37,517 bases of DNA. Source: a virus. Lineage: Duplodnaviria > Heunggongvirae > Uroviricota > Caudoviricetes. Below are positions 16,867 through 26,600 of this stretch, piece after piece (within the stretch, counting starts at the first letter, position 1; each line of letters opens with the position of its first letter). A program made the position numbers and the translations under genes. The notes beneath the pieces were generated by a model. The model made no database searches. It was not told where the DNA came from and saw nothing but the letters and a program-made list of their open reading frames with translations. The DNA lies in the IMG/VR virus record IMGVR_UViG_3300033067_001111, positions 64,001 to 101,517 of that record. One strand, written 5' to 3'.

Positions 16867-17762
16867 TGAGTAATCCTATCATCCCATCGCCCGAGCATTC
16901 GGACGCATACCCAAGCCCCTACGATCTGCCCAAGTTAATTTGGGACAAGATTGAATCGTACTTTCATAAGTACCGGGTAGAAGTGCGTGAATCCAAGCCT
17001 CAGTCTGGCGTTGAGGGACCTGTGATAGTCTGGGATATTTTGAGCCGGGTACCTGGCCGAGATAATAGCAGTGCCCATGGTCGTGGACCATCCCACAGCA
17101 GTTTCCGCACCATCACGGTAGACGGTAAGGTCATTGAAGAACTATTCCAGATCCACACTGTAACCTACAGATATAAGATCTACAGCGTTAGTTCTGAGAT
17201 AGCTAACCAAATTGCTTGGGATCTAGAGCGGTTGCTACCCCAGGGTGCGGGTATAGCTGGGCGCCAGGATAATATCCCAGGTATCCAACTCAATTTCTTA
17301 CGCCAAACCTCTCAGGAAGAGGATCGTACGAGTATGACTCAGGACGATTTGGTGGTAAGGAACCTCCTATTTACAGGACAAGTACCAGTCTTCTACCGAA
17401 GAGAGCTCCCAACCATGAGAGCTTTGATGGTACACACACATGTGGGCCGAGTGTTGACTTCAACAGGACGCCAAACACGTTCATCGTCTGATTCCGATTA
17501 TTACATCGATGTGGATAGCGGCCAAACCGTCGTAGGTATATTCGCCGTATTCAAATTAGCGTGCGCCACCGTGCAGGAGGATTCATGCCTTACGCCGGGA
17601 GCCGACTACAAAGTGCTAAAAGATGATAATGGAACCCTCTATATACAGTGGGATGATACGTACGGGAATGTACCGGCCTTAGGCCAGGATTTTCGGGTGG
17701 AATACTTTGTTTCTGCCACTCGTACCACCTACCCAGACCTGACTCAGCCGCCCTCTATTTAG
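16866..17762 (+). CDS. Putative tail terminator/completion protein with an extra C-terminal beta domain
   Basis: 298 aa; strand-helix pattern TYRYKIYSVSSEIANQIAWDLERLL fits tail-terminator folds; lies directly before the sheath. Confidence 0.5.
   Translation: MSNPIIPSPEHSDAYPSPYDLPKLIWDKIESYFHKYRVEVRESKPQSGVEGPVIVWDILSRVPGRDNSSAHGRGPSHSSFRTITVDGKVIEELFQIHTVTYRYKIYSVSSEIANQIAWDLERLLPQGAGIAGRQDNIPGIQLNFLRQTSQEEDRTSMTQDDLVVRNLLFTGQVPVFYRRELPTMRALMVHTHVGRVLTSTGRQTRSSSDSDYYIDVDSGQTVVGIFAVFKLACATVQEDSCLTPGADYKVLKDDNGTLYIQWDDTYGNVPALGQDFRVEYFVSATRTTYPDLTQPPSI
17752..17759 (+). promoter_or_regulatory. CCTCTATT motif upstream of the tail sheath
   Basis: Exact copy in the last codons of the upstream gene; AGGAG at 17791-17795; ATG 17803. 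Confidence 0.55.
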
Positions 17763-17802
17763 GTGTAGGGAAAGCGAAGTAGTTTAACCTAGGAGATAAC
17801 GA

Positions 17803-19575
17803 ATGCCACTCTTGCCTGGAGTAATAACAAATATAGCCGGAAATCGAATGAAGGAATCGATTCAGGGACCGGCAACTGAGAGACTGCTAATTTTTGGCAT
17901 GGCTCAGGATGGTCCTGTGAATCAGCCTCGTCGAGTTACGGATGTAGGGGATGCAGCTACGCTGTATGGTCCCGCAATTTATAGTGGTGGATATTTAGAT
18001 CCGAACACGAGCTCTGAAAGTGGAGCTTGGGCGGGTACTAGCATTCCTGAGGCTCTTGCCCAGGCAGTGGCTGGTGGTTGCCAAGACATTTGGATTGTGC
18101 GTGTTGGTGGTACATACGCGACAGCCCCGTCTGCGTTCGGCAGTAAGCTAGATATTCGCTCCGTCTACCCTGGTCGTATTTACAACCAGGTTAGCTTGAC
18201 CCTCGCCACAACCGGTGGCGTAACCGAAATCTACATCAATCAGCCTTCGGCAAAGGGTGGTAGAGTTCAGCTCACTACACTTGCTGCGTCTGGTACTGTT
18301 TCCGACTTGATTGAGAGAATCAACAGCAGTTCACGAAACCAGAGTATTCGAGTTAATCCATATACTTACAGCAGCATCCTCAACAGCTCAGCCATCACCG
18401 CCGTGGGCAGTGGTACTGTGACGTTGACGGGTGGTACTAATGGTTGCCGTGCACGTGGTGATGATTACGGTCCTGATGCTGCTACGGGTGTTGCGGGTTA
18501 TGCAACTAAGTTACTTACCGTTGACAGTGGTGCATTTGATACCGTTGAAGGCGTTAACTTCCCATTTGACACCGCGGTCTTGACTGGTATCTACGCAGAT
18601 GACCAGATTGTAGACAGTGGTCAGACAAAGATCGGCGGAACTGGTACCTACACTGCGGCCGATGCCTATCAGACAACCATTGCCTATGACTTCCAAACAT
18701 GGTTGGATCGAATGTCCAACTACGTGAAGCCATGCCGAGGCGTTGTTGCAGTCCGACCTCCGTTGGTTCGAGACCAGGCAGCGTTGATCACCTATGTGAA
18801 CACCAACCTGTTGGCCACAACCCACGCATACTACGACCAGAACCAGCGATGGCTGTGCATGGGTCCGTTTATGTACGAGGGCTTCCGAACCCTGGACTTC
18901 AAGTCTGGCGAGACCTTTGATGGTGGAGCTCGATTGTCCGTGGTTGCAGGACCCGAAGTGGTTATGTACCATCGAGACCGACGAAACTATACAGACAACT
19001 GGCATGTGTTGTACGCCGCCATGCAGACTACTATCCCACCGGAGCGGGCTCCAGTTATGAAGCCGTTGCCCAATGGAATTATAGCCTACGGCGAGTACAT
19101 CCCACGAAAGTACGCTGATAAACTGATTTCTGGTGTTGGTTACAACAGCGATCAGCAGCTTTCTGGACGTGGTGCCTATGTATGCATGGTCAAGGATCCT
19201 TCTAACTTTGCTGGACCTTTGGTAATCTACAGCGATACGACTGCAGCTTACCGAGAGGATTACTTCTCTCAGGACCAGTTGGTGCACTTGGTTAACCGAG
19301 TTGGTACCGACTTGTCTGAAGGCTTGCGAGGTTTCTTGGGTGGACCTACAGATATCGGAGCTCTTAGTGCTATGCGCACCCGGGCAAAGACGATCTTGGA
19401 TGGTTACTCAAACAGTGGTGCATTCCGTGGCTATGAAGGACAGGGCTATACCTTTGACATCAACATCGACGGTATTGGCAATGTGCTCGGTATTGTAACT
19501 GTGGCGTTGGAAATTAACCCAGCGACCGCCCTGCGACAGATCCGGCTGAACATTACGGTCCGGAACGTAGCTTAA
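17803..19575 (+). CDS. Tail sheath protein (contractile tail)
   Basis: 590 aa; LIFGMAQDGPVN, DIWIVRVGG, TLTGGTNG, C-terminal FLGGPTD...LSAMRTRAKTILD...LRQIRLNITV typical of sheath folds; precedes the tube gene. Confidence 0.9.
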   Translation: MPLLPGVITNIAGNRMKESIQGPATERLLIFGMAQDGPVNQPRRVTDVGDAATLYGPAIYSGGYLDPNTSSESGAWAGTSIPEALAQAVAGGCQDIWIVRVGGTYATAPSAFGSKLDIRSVYPGRIYNQVSLTLATTGGVTEIYINQPSAKGGRVQLTTLAASGTVSDLIERINSSSRNQSIRVNPYTYSSILNSSAITAVGSGTVTLTGGTNGCRARGDDYGPDAATGVAGYATKLLTVDSGAFDTVEGVNFPFDTAVLTGIYADDQIVDSGQTKIGGTGTYTAADAYQTTIAYDFQTWLDRMSNYVKPCRGVVAVRPPLVRDQAALITYVNTNLLATTHAYYDQNQRWLCMGPFMYEGFRTLDFKSGETFDGGARLSVVAGPEVVMYHRDRRNYTDNWHVLYAAMQTTIPPERAPVMKPLPNGIIAYGEYIPRKYADKLISGVGYNSDQQLSGRGAYVCMVKDPSNFAGPLVIYSDTTAAYREDYFSQDQLVHLVNRVGTDLSEGLRGFLGGPTDIGALSAMRTRAKTILDGYSNSGAFRGYEGQGYTFDINIDGIGNVLGIVTVALEINPATALRQIRLNITVRNVA

Positions 19576-19590
19576 GGAGTACGATAGATA

Positions 19591-20436
19591 ATGGCAACTT
19601 ACAGCCCTTTTGCCCGCAAAGCATATAGCCCATACAACAGTTTGTGGCTAGACGGCAACGGTGGATCTGGGCGGCCTAACGAGCCGCTTGACTTGGGAGC
19701 ACCCAAGCAGACATTCACCGGTGCCGACCTGCAGGCGTATTTGAACAACAAGCGTGTTGGAAACCTTGAGAGTGTTACCTGGTCGATCTCGGTTGAGGTC
19801 GTGGGTAACTACGTAATGGGTCGGCGCGATGCTGTGACGTACACAACTGGTAAGCGAGTTATCGCCGGATCCATTGTGTTCTCTCAGTACGACCGACACG
19901 CGTTCTTGCATGAAGTTTGGCAGTTGGATAAGATGCGGGGCCAGTACTCCGTGGTATCCGATCTCTGGGGATACGACATTCCGACGAATGTGTCCGTAAA
20001 CCAGATGGCAAACTACGAGACACCAGCAGCGCTTAACGCAATCACCAAGGGAGCACGTGTTTCCTACGGTCCTGATTACGCAGCAGCTGGCGATGCATCT
20101 CCAGGTGGAGCGGCTTTTGGTTACGGTCTAAGTCAGGCGGCTTTCGACGAACAGTTGAAGCAGCAGTTGATGCAGACTGCGCGAATTGTAGGAGGTCAAA
20201 AGCTTTCTTACAGTGACCAGATTCCTCCATTTGACTTGACTTTGATCGGTGTCAATAACCAGGGTGCCGCAGCTCGCTGTGCGCTCTTGGGTATGCGAAT
20301 CACTCAGGAAACTACTGGCTTCTCCCAGAACGATATGTCCAACGCCGTTGGTATGTCGTACGTAGCATTGGCCGTAGATCCGTGGTCTGCTATTGAGACC
20401 GTCAACGGTAACGTGTACATTCCACCAGTAGCGTAG
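19591..20436 (+). CDS. Major tail tube protein
   Basis: 281 aa; TFTGADLQAY, GKRVIAGSIVF, DQIPPFDLTL; directly after the sheath with a strong AAGGAG RBS. Confidence 0.8.
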   Translation: MATYSPFARKAYSPYNSLWLDGNGGSGRPNEPLDLGAPKQTFTGADLQAYLNNKRVGNLESVTWSISVEVVGNYVMGRRDAVTYTTGKRVIAGSIVFSQYDRHAFLHEVWQLDKMRGQYSVVSDLWGYDIPTNVSVNQMANYETPAALNAITKGARVSYGPDYAAAGDASPGGAAFGYGLSQAAFDEQLKQQLMQTARIVGGQKLSYSDQIPPFDLTLIGVNNQGAAARCALLGMRITQETTGFSQNDMSNAVGMSYVALAVDPWSAIETVNGNVYIPPVA

Positions 20437-20450
20437 GCTACTGGATGACC

Positions 20451-20483
20451 GGGACCAGTTCTTAGAAAAACGGAGCTGGTCCC
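20451..20483 (+). other. Hairpin after the tail tube gene
   Basis: GGGACCAG (20451-20458) / CTGGTCCC (20476-20483), extendable with G-U pairs; followed by an A-run. Confidence 0.65.
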
Positions 20484-20497
20484 ATAAAAAATTGAAC

Positions 20498-21352
20498 ATG
20501 AGTGAGTCTCAGGTACCTAGCCTATTTATACCGCAGCAACAGCCTAACACACTGTCCAGCTCCCAGTACCGGGATAAAGATTACGGAGATCCCGTCTCAT
20601 TCTCGTTCACGGACGTGCAGATAGTTGCCGTCCTCCCATTCCACGCTCCAGGTAAAAACCTACCAGCAACCGTACGCCTGGCTGGACTCCAATTGCTTTC
20701 CATCAGCACCCACCGCGACCAGTACCCAGTTACACACTTGGGGCATGCGGGGATTGAGGGCTATACCCGTGGCCACCGAACAACGGCAGGCACCATGGGC
20801 TTTACCGTATTGGGAGAGGATCCGTTTGCCCCAATCATTGCCGTATACAGTGAATGGCGAGGGTACAACCAACCAAGTACGTGGGTGGGGGCTGATGATC
20901 TGCCACCATTTGACCTGAGTATTGTCTTCACCAACAGTGCGGGTAATGCAGCGGCCGTCCTCCTGCGCAGTATCGTGATTGTGGATACGGGCCGTAACAT
21001 CAGTGTACGAGACATTCAACTGTCTCATGTGTGTTCGTTTATGGCCAGCCGGGTTACAACCTTGCTGGAGGGCACTACCACTATCAACAAACTAGCGCGA
21101 TTCCCTCACACGGGAGTGGATACGGGGTCGGCAGCTGCCCACGATAGTGGGTGGAATCAGACGTACACAACACCGTACACCTTCACCACCAGCAGCGGAA
21201 GTACCAGCACTAGTACCAGCACTAGCACAAGTAACAGCAGTAGTACGAGCACTGCTAGCACTACAACCAGCAGTGCAACGACATCTAGCTTCAGTGGTAC
21301 TACTAGCAGTACGACATTGACCGCAACCCCGACCGTAAGTACTGGAGCATAA
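20498..21352 (+). CDS. Tail-tube-like protein 2 with a Ser/Thr-rich C-terminal tail
   Basis: SFSFTDVQI, TRGHRTTAGTMGF, DDLPPFDLSI parallel tube 1; the last ~60 aa are mostly S/T. Confidence 0.75.
   Translation: MSESQVPSLFIPQQQPNTLSSSQYRDKDYGDPVSFSFTDVQIVAVLPFHAPGKNLPATVRLAGLQLLSISTHRDQYPVTHLGHAGIEGYTRGHRTTAGTMGFTVLGEDPFAPIIAVYSEWRGYNQPSTWVGADDLPPFDLSIVFTNSAGNAAAVLLRSIVIVDTGRNISVRDIQLSHVCSFMASRVTTLLEGTTTINKLARFPHTGVDTGSAAAHDSGWNQTYTTPYTFTTSSGSTSTSTSTSTSNSSSTSTASTTTSSATTSSFSGTTSSTTLTATPTVSTGA
21200..21223 (+). repeat. Tandem 12-bp repeat AGTACCAGCACT x2 inside the S/T-coding tract
   Basis: Copies at 21200-21211 and 21212-21223, within a wider AGC/AGT/ACN low-complexity run. Confidence 0.75.
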
Positions 21353-22281
21353 TGGCAAACGATTTTTCTGTCAAAGAGGGTTACCAACTTGTAAGCGATT
21401 TCAATACGGCTTACTGGTCTGGATTGGATTGTCAGGTGTATGCGGGCAACATCTGGGTACGGGATGCCGTTCAGGTTAACTACCAGGTGCTGGAAACCGT
21501 ACGGCCTTACTGGCATTATTCGCATTACGTTCCTACCAGATTGCGGCACGGTACGCGAATGATTCAGGGCGAGCTCACAATCAACTTTACACGAAACTCC
21601 TACATTTTTGCCCTTCTCAATAAGCTTAATACGTTTGGTCCCGTGCGTCCTGAAGACAAATTCCAGCCCAATATGAATCAGGCGGACGGTACTCAGGCAG
21701 GTAGTCCTGTACTGTACAACAGCTATTCTTGGGGCCCACAGACTGGCAGACAGATCATGACCGACGATATGACGGCAGATCAGAAGAGAGAGTTTGTACT
21801 AGCTCGGAAGAAGGCAATGGCCCAGCAACAGTTGGAGTTGTCAGCAGCCAAGCCCTCAATATCCCAGTCTACAGGTATGTTTGAAATCGGACCACAGGGA
21901 TTTGATCTGAATATTGTGTTTGGTGCTTATCTGAGCAAGCCTTTGAGCCTACAGTTCTCAGCCGATAACGAAGAGTACTTCTTAGATGGCGCAACTTTCC
22001 CCGATCTACGGGTAAACCCTGGTCCTATGGGGACTGGCATCAGGCTTGTGGGTGTTGATATCCAGGGTATGGCCCATAGTGTTGTTGATGACGGACGTCC
22101 TCTGATGCAGACGTTTACGTTCTTGGCCCGTGATGTTCGTATATTAATGCCCGAAGATATCTCTGAGTTCCCGAATCACGCATCCGTTTACTCGTCGGCG
22201 GCCGAAAACTTCTTGGGGCCGACAACTACTCTGGATCAGATTCAAGACTTTATGAGAGGAATACCATTCGGCACAGGATAA
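21352..22281 (+). CDS. Tail-tube-like protein 3 (possible tube initiator/baseplate-proximal ring)
   Basis: 309 aa; YWSGLDCQVY, GTRMIQGELTINF, FDLNIVFG, QTFTFLARDV follow the same tube-fold pattern. Confidence 0.65.
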   Translation: MANDFSVKEGYQLVSDFNTAYWSGLDCQVYAGNIWVRDAVQVNYQVLETVRPYWHYSHYVPTRLRHGTRMIQGELTINFTRNSYIFALLNKLNTFGPVRPEDKFQPNMNQADGTQAGSPVLYNSYSWGPQTGRQIMTDDMTADQKREFVLARKKAMAQQQLELSAAKPSISQSTGMFEIGPQGFDLNIVFGAYLSKPLSLQFSADNEEYFLDGATFPDLRVNPGPMGTGIRLVGVDIQGMAHSVVDDGRPLMQTFTFLARDVRILMPEDISEFPNHASVYSSAAENFLGPTTTLDQIQDFMRGIPFGTG

Positions 22282-22285
22282 GATT

Positions 22286-23005
22286 ATGAAAGGTAAAGGC
22301 ATTCGTATTTATAAGGGCTCGCTGACTGCCGAGCAACTTGCACAGATCAAGGAAGCGGTGGGTACCACGCTGTTCTACACTGTGACTGAGGACAATAAGG
22401 GCGAAAAGCACTACGTAGTGTTCCGCCCAATCTTTGCACCCCTGTACCGAAAGATCCAGAATCTAGTTGATGAGAGTCGTTCTCGTGGGGGAGTTGTTCC
22501 CCAGGGCGATATTGATGAGCTGATTTTTGAAGAGTGTTTGGTATGGCCGGAATTGACGAACGAGGAGCGTGCCAATCTAGAGGTTCAGGTAGTACCTACC
22601 TTCAGCAAAGCAGTTCAAGAGAAATCTGGGTTCACGGAAATTGATGTCTTTGGTAACTGGATTGGACCTACCAGTCAGGTAGTAGCTCTCAAGGACTACA
22701 ATCATTGGCCTGACTATACACTGGAGGAGGCTGAGGCCATCAAGGCAAGTACTCCATTCCAGTTGTTTAGACTGCGCATTGATCGGTGGATATTCATTGT
22801 CCGCCCTCTCACTACACAAGATGTGCGTATTGCGCAAACCCAACCAGACAACAGCTTGACGCTGGCAACAGCTACCGTTATGTGGCCTCCTTTCGAGAAG
22901 ATTGATTGGAGTACAGTACCAGCGGGTATCGTTGATACCGTGGCGAACGTTGCTACCAAGGTCAGCGGCTGGGATGTTGGGGATGTAGAAATCACGGAGC
23001 TGTAA
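22286..23005 (+). CDS. Tail assembly chaperone with two tandem chaperone-like domains
   Basis: Internal repeat VVFRPI...CLVWPEL...KSGF and FIVRPL...TVMWPPF...VSGW; lies between the tube genes and the tape-measure position. Confidence 0.7.
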   Translation: MKGKGIRIYKGSLTAEQLAQIKEAVGTTLFYTVTEDNKGEKHYVVFRPIFAPLYRKIQNLVDESRSRGGVVPQGDIDELIFEECLVWPELTNEERANLEVQVVPTFSKAVQEKSGFTEIDVFGNWIGPTSQVVALKDYNHWPDYTLEEAEAIKASTPFQLFRLRIDRWIFIVRPLTTQDVRIAQTQPDNSLTLATATVMWPPFEKIDWSTVPAGIVDTVANVATKVSGWDVGDVEITEL

Positions 23006-23614
23006 GTGGATCCGAGATACCGTTGGTTCTGTATTACCTTTAGGGCAAAGACTGGCAATAAGACTGCCTCCTTTGTCTTCAGAGGCTTTACGGGTGCTGA
23101 GAGCCGGCGGGCAGGGGGCCAACACACAGCATTTGACTCTGAGGTTTTCCTCCTCAAGTGCTGTGTGCCCAACATTGATCTGGATGCCGTTGAGTACAAT
23201 ATTTGTAGCCGACTGCTGAAGGAAATATATCACGTCAGTGGTTGGAATGAGCACGGTGCACCCTACAAGCTAGCTGCTGAATGGATCCAGGACGAAACAG
23301 GTAGCCTGGAGGCTGCTGCCGTCTGCATGATTCCAGGCCTAACGCTCCAGGAACTAGATACCTGTGATCCACAGGACAAAGCCAAATACCTGATCATGGG
23401 TAAATGGTTGTTTGAATCCCTTTACCAGTGCAAGGTTGAGGAAGCTTTCTCGGGCAAGAAAGAACCGAAGAAGGGTGGCACCATCCAAGCTGTTAAGCCC
23501 AAGTTGCCAGAAAATCATCAGGTCGTTGAGAGCTTTGACTGGGATAGCCAGTCGCGAACGGGTAACGTACTACCTGATGATTTGACTAAGTTTATCAAGA
23601 TGCCAGAGGCCTAA
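23006..23614 (+). CDS. Second tail assembly chaperone (one repeat domain plus a C-terminal extension)
   Basis: GTG directly after the upstream TAA in the same frame, with GGAG at 22996-22999; FVFRGF...CCVP...VSGW repeats the chaperone pattern. Confidence 0.65.
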   Translation: MDPRYRWFCITFRAKTGNKTASFVFRGFTGAESRRAGGQHTAFDSEVFLLKCCVPNIDLDAVEYNICSRLLKEIYHVSGWNEHGAPYKLAAEWIQDETGSLEAAAVCMIPGLTLQELDTCDPQDKAKYLIMGKWLFESLYQCKVEEAFSGKKEPKKGGTIQAVKPKLPENHQVVESFDWDSQSRTGNVLPDDLTKFIKMPEA

Positions 23615-23622
23615 CCTCTATT
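23615..23622 (+). promoter_or_regulatory. CCTCTATT motif upstream of the tape-measure-position gene
   Basis: Exact copy immediately after TAA 23612-23614; ATG 23642. Confidence 0.6.
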
Positions 23623-23641
23623 TTAGGGTCAAGGCCAGTAC

Positions 23642-26600
23642 ATGAGCTCTTATCACCGAGACCACGAACATTCTTTTATCTCCAAGGCCGCGGGTTTGGC
23701 TGCCATTGGAACGTTAATCGGTGTTGGTCTGACCAAGGGCGCCCCGCTCATAGGTCGTGCGGCTGAAGGTGTACTGGGCTCCAAGTTCGGCAATACCATA
23801 CTCAACAGCCTAGCTGATTTCGTACGCGTTCCCGTACAGGGAACCCAGCAGATGGCGGCAGAATTGTTCTCGGCTGAGGGCAATGTTATCATCCGGGGAA
23901 GTGAGGCTGTAGAGCGCGGAGTTCGTACAGCATTGGTCAGCGAACGGCGAGCGCAGACTATCATGACAAGTCTGCGGGGGTTTACGGATAACACTACCGC
24001 CTTTGATTCCCAGGAATTCCAGCAGGCCATGCGCCAGGCTATGGGCAGAGTGACCTCGGCTGAGGACCCTAGCCGAATACCAGCAGGATTTCACACTCTT
24101 GAGGGGTTAGAGCGTTTCAACCAGATAGCTAAAACCCACGGCGTTACATTCAACTTTGAGAGCCTGGCCCAGCAACATGCCCACCTCATGGACTTTGTGA
24201 GGGAAGCTGGATCCCAGTCCGTATCTCAGGATGAAGTACAGGCCTACCTGCGGAAGTCCGATGTACAGGAGCAGATCTATGGAGCTATTTCCCAGAGCCG
24301 TAAGGCCCATGCTGATAGCGCGAGGGCTCTGTACGAACGCTTTACACCACCCACAAACTCCAGTGCACGACGCCAGATCAAGTACCGGGACCTGTGGTAT
24401 ACTGCGGACAAGGGATTAAATCCCAGCTTTGATAAATCAGTGCACGACGCAGTGGTTGCCAGAATCCAACAGGATATGAAAATCCCAGAGGATCGTGCAC
24501 GGCTATTTGTACAGCAGCATATAGATCAGGCACGTGAGGGACTGGAAAAGGCATTTGGTAATGCTGAGTCCAGCCTGCACCAGCAAGTCCTGTGGAATGA
24601 TTTCCTTAACTCCAATACGGGAATGACGATCTCGGCTGGGGGCAAGGTAGTAAACTGGCACCGACCACAGTGGGCAGCTAGTGAGCTACTGGATAAGACG
24701 CTGGAGAACGTCCAGATTCCGTTGGTGCCCTACCACTTTAATGTCAATCTGAAGAGTCTGCGTATTGCCCCCAAGGTCCGTGACCTGGCAAAGGGTCTGG
24801 GATTGGTATCAGACAACCCAGAGATCAGACGTTATCTGGATCGTGCGTGGAAAGGTAAGACCGTTAACTACGGTAGCACACATCTTGTGGCGGTTGGAGA
24901 CCAGATGTTGGCTATTGGCCAGGAGAGTGCCACCCACCTAAACGGACGATTTGCGGTCTTTGATGCACGCAACAGTAGCATGCTGCGGCGCCTGGGTGAG
25001 GCGCGATCTGAAAATACCACGGACATACTAAAAGACCTGTGGCGGCTAAAGCCTGACAGCGGTATGAGCCGTTTCCGAGAACTGCTGTATGCGCACAGTC
25101 CGCGGTTTGCAACTATACCTCCACCCTCAGCCCATGGAGGACTTGTTGTTCGCGGTAAATCTCCGGTCGGAGGATTGTTAGCTAATTACCTGTATGGTAA
25201 GGGTATTGTAGATCCGAGAAAGATCCACCCTCAGTTGCTGGCGGAGGCCATGGAGCACTATGCGCCAAGGGAAATGGTGTCGGCCGAAACCCATTACTCT
25301 CTACTTTCATCCCTAGTCCGAGAGAGCGGTCAGAATCTGACGGACAGTGCTCAGGTGTTGAAGGCTTGGGCTGATGCAGGCCGTGGTTCTATGCCGGTCT
25401 TTGGCGGCCGTCAAGGTGGTCAGTCAGGAACTGGTGTTCTGTATCAGATTTACAAGAACATTGACCGGCCAGATGTTGTGGTCAGAGAATTATTCCGTCC
25501 ACTTGGTGAGCACCAGGGTAAATCCCTGTTGGAGTTAACGTCGGAGGCCAAGGAAGCATTTAACCCCCAGCTGTATCAGGCATTGATGTCATCCAAGGTC
25601 GGGTACAAAGGCCTGTTGATGGCGGGCAAGGGTGAAGGACATTTTCTCCACCACGTTAGCACGGCGTTAAAGGGTGAGCAAGGCCTGAGCCAGATGATGG
25701 AGCGATTGCAGAGAGGTCTGCTCAGTCAGATGGTATCAGACATGGGTGCTGAGCGCTATGGTGGATACGAAGCACTGAGCGAGGAAATTCTCCGCGTTCA
25801 TAACATGCGGGCTGAGGGTGTGAGCTTAACTGATATCTTGAAGCAGGCACCCACTGAGCATCCTGCTGCACGCTTTGTACAGGACCTGAGAGATAAACTG
25901 GGTGTGTCTACGGGTGATGGACTGGACAGCTTCCTAGACCGATTGATCCATGAGACTGCAGGGGGCTCAAAAGTACATACGGGGCGAGCTGGTGAACTAG
26001 CTAGTTTGCTACTTGACAAGGGCCAGGTTCTGAACATATCGGACAATAACTTGATTCGGGCTAAGGTTTTGAACCAGCTTAGAGTTGGATTGGAGAGTTG
26101 GCCGCTGCCCGTTGAAGTCCGAAACCTACATCTTAGATCATATATGTTTGAGCGGGATGGTACAGCTGATTGGTTGACGGACGCCGTTCGCCAACGATTT
26201 AATGCATTCCGGCCATTCCACCCACAGGATCTGGGTTCTAATCCTCTGTATGATCCACACACCTACAGTATTCCGCTAAATCCTGAGACGGATCTGGCAT
26301 CTATCCTCACCAATCCCCTGGGCGTTGTTCGTGACCAGTTCAAGAACGCATTGGGTGTGGGGGAATTTCTTCGGGCTCAGGTGGACCCAGAAAAATCATA
26401 TGGCATTGGTGCCATGTACCAGCACCTTCTGGGCATCATACCGCAGTCCGTAGCGGAGAACGTTGGCTTGGGTCTGCCCGCAGCAGATTTGAGTACACCA
26501 CTGCGCACCACATTTGCCTGGTGGGCAAAGCGCGTTCTACCCCTGTACGTAGGTATTGAACTGTACAAGAACATGAATGCCAATGCCCACACACTGGGCT

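Noticed and set aside
22950-23020. Programmed -1 frameshift in the tail chaperone
   Set aside because: No slippery heptamer seen, and the second ORF is already in the same frame with its own SD.
15451-23614. Interpretation as a tailocin, eCIS or T6SS because of multiple sheath and tube genes
   Set aside because: Terminase, portal, protease and capsid genes are in the same operon, so this is a phage virion module.
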